From assembly GCA_040386535.1 (NCBI GenBank), contig JAZKFH010000003.1:96001-160000 (forward strand): a stretch of DNA of 64,000 bases. Direction: 5' to 3'. Shown here piece after piece: positions 60,390 through 64,000 of the stretch. The notes under the pieces were generated by a model. It worked only from the letters and a program-made list of their open reading frames with translations, was not told where the DNA came from and searched no databases. Origin of the DNA: Myxococcota bacterium (GTDB taxonomy: Bacteria; Myxococcota_A; UBA796; SXON01). The stretch's first letter is position 1; each line of letters opens with the position of its first letter. The position numbers were made by a program, and so were the translations under genes.

Positions 60390-60857
60390 GTGCGCATCTA
60401 TCACCCCGACTACCGGATTTCGTGGTGGGACCGCTTCCTGGATCCCGCGGGCACGCACGCGCGCACCCAGCGCCTCGTCGGGGTCGACTACACGCTGCTC
60501 AACCGGGCCGCCGCGCGCGCCGTGCGTGAGTGCCTGGACGAGCTGCTCAACCTCTCCCTCCTCGGGGACGAGATGGTGGGGATCGACTCGGCGTGGCGCA
60601 TGCCCGTGTCGCCGGAGGCCCGCCGCGAGCTGATCCCGGCGATGGCGCTGCGCCTTCGCTTCGGGCAGCTGCACCCCGGCGCGGTGAAGATGCCGGTGGC
60701 GCTCCGGTGGCTCGACTTCCGGGACGCGCCCCACGGAACGCGCCTGCTGCTCCAGCTGCTCGACCGCCCCAATCCGGGCCTGCGGAGCTTCGTCGCGGCG
60801 GACCTCTCGGATGACGGCAGCGGCGGCTGGGAGGAGTACGCGCTCGGGGCGGACTGA
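60390..60857 (+). CDS. Hypothetical protein
   Basis: 155-aa ORF with normal codon bias filling the gap between two minus-strand genes. Confidence 0.7.
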   Translation: MRIYHPDYRISWWDRFLDPAGTHARTQRLVGVDYTLLNRAAARAVRECLDELLNLSLLGDEMVGIDSAWRMPVSPEARRELIPAMALRLRFGQLHPGAVKMPVALRWLDFRDAPHGTRLLLQLLDRPNPGLRSFVAADLSDDGSGGWEEYALGAD

Positions 60858-60861
60858 GGGA

Positions 60862-61419
60862 TCAGGAGGCGGCCACCACCTGGTAGAGCCGGCGCTCCTC
60901 GACGATGGCGCCCACGCCCGAGGTCACGAGGTGCGTGATGCCCGCGCCGCTCGCGATGCGCGACCGGATCTCGGTGCTGCTGATGTCCGGAAAACACGGC
61001 GCCCCGTCGACCGGAGGCCAGCCCTGGCGCCCGACGACAAGGAGGGGGAAGCGGGCGCGGAGGCGCTCGACGTCGCGCCACTGAGGGAGCTGCGACAACA
61101 CGTCGGCCCCGATGACGAGCTGGAGCTCATGCTGCGGGTGGCGGCTAGCGAGCACCTCGAGGGTGTTCACCGTGTACGAGGGCACCGGGAGCGCCTCCTC
61201 GATGGGCTCGACCCGGCACCACGAGCCCAGCGTGTCCGCGAGGGCCTGGGCCATCCGCACGCGGGCCTCCCACGGGGCCAGCACCTTCTCGAACGCGTGG
61301 TGGTACGCGGGCAGCAGCCACACGGCATCCGCGCGCCCGGTCCACCGGATCCACGACGCCACCATCGCGTGGCCGACGTGCGGCGGATTGAAGCTGCCCC
61401 CGTAGATGGCGACCCGCAC
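60862..61419 (-). CDS. nadD: Nicotinate-nucleotide adenylyltransferase
   Basis: YGGSFNPPHVGH, SYTVNTL, LVIGAD and ISSTEIR motifs. Confidence 0.93.
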   Translation of the reverse strand: MRVAIYGGSFNPPHVGHAMVASWIRWTGRADAVWLLPAYHHAFEKVLAPWEARVRMAQALADTLGSWCRVEPIEEALPVPSYTVNTLEVLASRHPQHELQLVIGADVLSQLPQWRDVERLRARFPLLVVGRQGWPPVDGAPCFPDISSTEIRSRIASGAGITHLVTSGVGAIVEERRLYQVVAAS

Positions 61420-61465
61420 CGCGCCTCCGAAGGTGCGTGATAACGTGTAGGGCCCTGGGACGACG

Positions 61466-62137
61466 GTGATCCGCCTCTACCATGTTGTGAAGTCCTACGG
61501 CGAGCACGACGCCCTCGACGACGTGTCGCTCACCATCGACAAGGGAGAGTTCGTGTACGTCACCGGTCCGTCCGGCGCCGGAAAATCGACCCTGTTGAAG
61601 CTGCTCTATGGGGCGGAGAAGCCCACGTCGGGCAAGCTGCTGGTCGGCGGCGTGGACGTCGCGGCCCTCCCCCAGAGCCGCCTCCCGCAGCTGCGCCGCA
61701 ACGTCGGGATCGTGTTCCAGGACTTCAAGCTGCTGCCGCGGCGCACGGTGGGCGCCAATGTCGCGCTCGCGCTCGAGGTGGTGAACGCCCCGCCCGAGCA
61801 GATCCGCCGGCGCGTCCCCGCCGTGCTCAACATCGTGGGGCTCAAGGACCGCGAGACCTCCCTGGCGGGGGACCTCTCCGGTGGCGAGCAGCAACGCGTC
61901 GCCATCGCGCGCGCCATCGTGAACGACCCCGCCGTCCTCTTCGCGGATGAGCCCACCGGAAACCTCGACGGCGCCATGGCCGTAGAGGTCATGGAGATCC
62001 TCCAGGCCGTCAACTTGCGGGGCACGACCGTGCTCGTCGCCACGCACGACGTGGGGCTGATGGACCGCTTTCCCCACCGCCGCGTGCGCTTCGAGGGTGG
62101 GCGGTTGGTGCAGTCCGCGTCGCGAGCGCGCGCATGA
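61466..62137 (+). CDS. ftsE: Cell division ATP-binding protein FtsE
   Basis: GPSGAGKST, VFQDFKLL, LSGGEQQRV and DEPTGNLD motifs; directly upstream of ftsX. Confidence 0.95.
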   Translation: MIRLYHVVKSYGEHDALDDVSLTIDKGEFVYVTGPSGAGKSTLLKLLYGAEKPTSGKLLVGGVDVAALPQSRLPQLRRNVGIVFQDFKLLPRRTVGANVALALEVVNAPPEQIRRRVPAVLNIVGLKDRETSLAGDLSGGEQQRVAIARAIVNDPAVLFADEPTGNLDGAMAVEVMEILQAVNLRGTTVLVATHDVGLMDRFPHRRVRFEGGRLVQSASRARA

Positions 62138-63024
62138 CCCCCACGTTGCTGCGCACCCTGCGCGGCGTGCGGGAGCACACCTACCTCGCGCTGGTGAGCA
62201 CGGGCGTCATCACCGCCGGGCTCGTGCTCATCGGCATGTTCGTGATGGTGACGACGAACGTGGCGCTGGTGCTCGGCTCCTGGGAGCGCGACGTGCACGT
62301 GAGCGCCTACCTGAAGCCCGGCGGCTCGGTGGATGCGCACACGGCGGTCCTCCAGTCCCTCGCCACCCGGTCCGACGTGGCGGACGTCCGCTACGTCTCG
62401 GAGGCCGACGCGCGCGCATGGATGGTGGAGCGGATGCCGGAGCTCGCTCCGGTGCTCGACGAGCTCGGCGCGGACGCGCTCCCCGCGTCGCTCGAGATCA
62501 CGCTCCGGCCGAGCCACACCGGCCCCGCGGAGATGGCGGCCTTCGTCGCGTCCATCCGGGAGATCGACGCCTTCGACGAGCTCGACTACGGGCAGGAGTG
62601 GGTCACGCGGGTGGACACCTTCCTCTCCGTGTTGAGCGCCCTCGGCGTCGCGCTGGGAACCTTCATCGGCGTCGCCTCCCTGTTCCTCGTCGCCAACACG
62701 ATCCACCTCGTCGTGTACGCGCGCCGCGACGAGCTCGAGATCATGCGGCTCGTCGGCGCGACTGACCGCTACATCCTCGCCCCCTTCCTCGTCGAAGGCG
62801 CGGTTCAGGGCGCGGTCGCCGCCACCGTCGCCAACGGCCTGTTGTGGGCGGCCCACCGCGGGCTGCTCTCCCGGCTCCAGGACGTGCTTGCGCTCGCCCT
62901 CGGCGGCGAATCGCTGCGATACCTCCCCGTCGGGGGTGTCGCCGCCATGTACCTGGGCGGCATGGCCCTCGGCGTGGGCGCCTCGTGGGGCGCCGTCCGC
63001 CGCTTCCTCGGGCGCCTCGCATGA
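62134..63024 (+). CDS. ftsX: Cell division permease FtsX
   Basis: Four TM segments; LPASLEI; NTIHLVVYARRDELEIMRLVGAT...PFLVEG. Confidence 0.95.
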   Translation: MTPTLLRTLRGVREHTYLALVSTGVITAGLVLIGMFVMVTTNVALVLGSWERDVHVSAYLKPGGSVDAHTAVLQSLATRSDVADVRYVSEADARAWMVERMPELAPVLDELGADALPASLEITLRPSHTGPAEMAAFVASIREIDAFDELDYGQEWVTRVDTFLSVLSALGVALGTFIGVASLFLVANTIHLVVYARRDELEIMRLVGATDRYILAPFLVEGAVQGAVAATVANGLLWAAHRGLLSRLQDVLALALGGESLRYLPVGGVAAMYLGGMALGVGASWGAVRRFLGRLA

Positions 63025-64000
63025 GCCTCGTGGCGCTGGGGCTCCTGTTCGTCCTCGGGCAGGATCGTCCGCAGATCCTCGCTGATCTGGAGGCTATCGA
63101 GCTTCAGATGGTGTCACTCCAAGGGCAGGTCGACGCGCTCGACGCGCGGGCCGCCACGGTGGAAGCCGAGCGAGCCACGCACCAGGGCGCACTCGACGTC
63201 GCGGAGGCGGCGTTGGCGACACGGCGCGTGGGGATCGCCCAGCGGCTCCGCACGTTCTATCGGCTCAAGCGCCGCGGCTTCGCGCGCCTGCTCTTCGACG
63301 CCGAGAGCCCGCCCGAGCTGCGGCGGCGCGTGCACTACCTGTTGGCCGTCGTGCGGGAGGACGAGTCGCTCGCCCGCGCCTTCGTCGATGGCCTCGCCGA
63401 GCGCCGGGCGACCGCGGCGCGCCTCGACGCGGACAAGGCAGCCCTCGCCAGCGTCCAGCTCGACGTCCGCGCCCGCCTCGACGCGCTCGAGGCGGAGCGC
63501 CGCCGGCGAACAGCGCTCGTGCGGGACATCCAGAAGCGCCCCGAGCTCGCGGCTCGCGTGGTCCGTGAGCGTGGCGACGCGGCGATCGCGCTCGCGGCGT
63601 CGATGGCGTCGGCCGAGGCCACCGCGCCGGCCGTGCAAGGCGACGCCGCCGGGTTCCGCGCGGACCGGGGGCGCCTCCCCTCCCCTGTCAACGGCGCTGT
63701 CGTGCGGCGCTTCGGCCCCTACGTCGACCCCGCGAGCGGCGCCTCGGCCACGAACCTCGGGATGGACTTCGGTGCTCCGATGGGCACCCCCTTTCGTGCG
63801 GTCGCTGACGGAGTGGTGACACGTTCGGCCTACCTCCGCGGCTATGGTCAGATGGTGATGCTGCAGCACGGCGCCTACACCACCCTCTACGCCCACGCGA
63901 ACGGACTGCGCGTCGCGCAGGGCCAGGCCGTGAAGAAGGGCGACGTGCTGGGCCTCGTCGGCAACACGGGGCTCGCCGAGGCGGAGGACGCCCGCCTGCA
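63021..64000 (+). CDS. envC: EnvC-like murein hydrolase activator (coiled coil plus degenerate M23 domain), 3'-partial
   Basis: ATG overlaps the ftsX stop. Coiled coil, LPSPVNG, then NLGMD (HxxxD lost), GYGQMVMLQHG, LYAH and RLH (HxH lost). Runs off the window. Confidence 0.85.
   Translation, partial: MSLVALGLLFVLGQDRPQILADLEAIELQMVSLQGQVDALDARAATVEAERATHQGALDVAEAALATRRVGIAQRLRTFYRLKRRGFARLLFDAESPPELRRRVHYLLAVVREDESLARAFVDGLAERRATAARLDADKAALASVQLDVRARLDALEAERRRRTALVRDIQKRPELAARVVRERGDAAIALAASMASAEATAPAVQGDAAGFRADRGRLPSPVNGAVVRRFGPYVDPASGASATNLGMDFGAPMGTPFRAVADGVVTRSAYLRGYGQMVMLQHGAYTTLYAHANGLRVAQGQAVKKGDVLGLVGNTGLAEAEDARL

Noticed and set aside
63021..64000. Active M23 endopeptidase, or an unusual loss of zinc ligands
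   Set aside because: Loss of HxxxD and HxH is expected for EnvC downstream of ftsEX and is not novel.

Overview
This is a very GC-rich, gene-dense bacterial chromosomal segment with about 50 CDS. I found no rRNA, tRNA, CRISPR array or transposase. Gene content (a MYXO-CTERM-like tag, OmpA/TSP3 barrels, many lipoproteins with Cys/Asp 'MopE-like' and FG-GAP repeats, Ser/Thr kinases, an FHA-GGDEF protein) suggests a diderm Myxococcota-like organism; this is an inference. The right third is largely housekeeping: ffh, cyaY, dut, pnp, rpsO, trmD-rimM-khpA-rpsP, a carboxyltransferase, pgeF, nadD and ftsEX-envC. Four items stand out. (1) A tightly coupled operon at 10463-21246 reads FHA, FHA, PP2C, a RodA-PBP fusion, an atypical kinase, then a two-component pair, mirroring the actinobacterial fhaA-fhaB-pstP-rodA-pbpA-pkn locus; an FHA-GGDEF cyclase lies just upstream. 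(2) An apparent polyprotein at 5542-9273 has an internal MYXO-CTERM-like tag that runs directly into a second signal peptide and a TraB-like barrel-TSP3-OmpA protein. (3) A KaiC-like ATPase sits between two hybrid histidine kinases with no kaiA or kaiB in the window. (4) Several candidate -10 boxes carry G at the normally near-invariant -7T, and rimM appears to start at CTG. All product calls come from recognising motifs by eye; no database searches were run.
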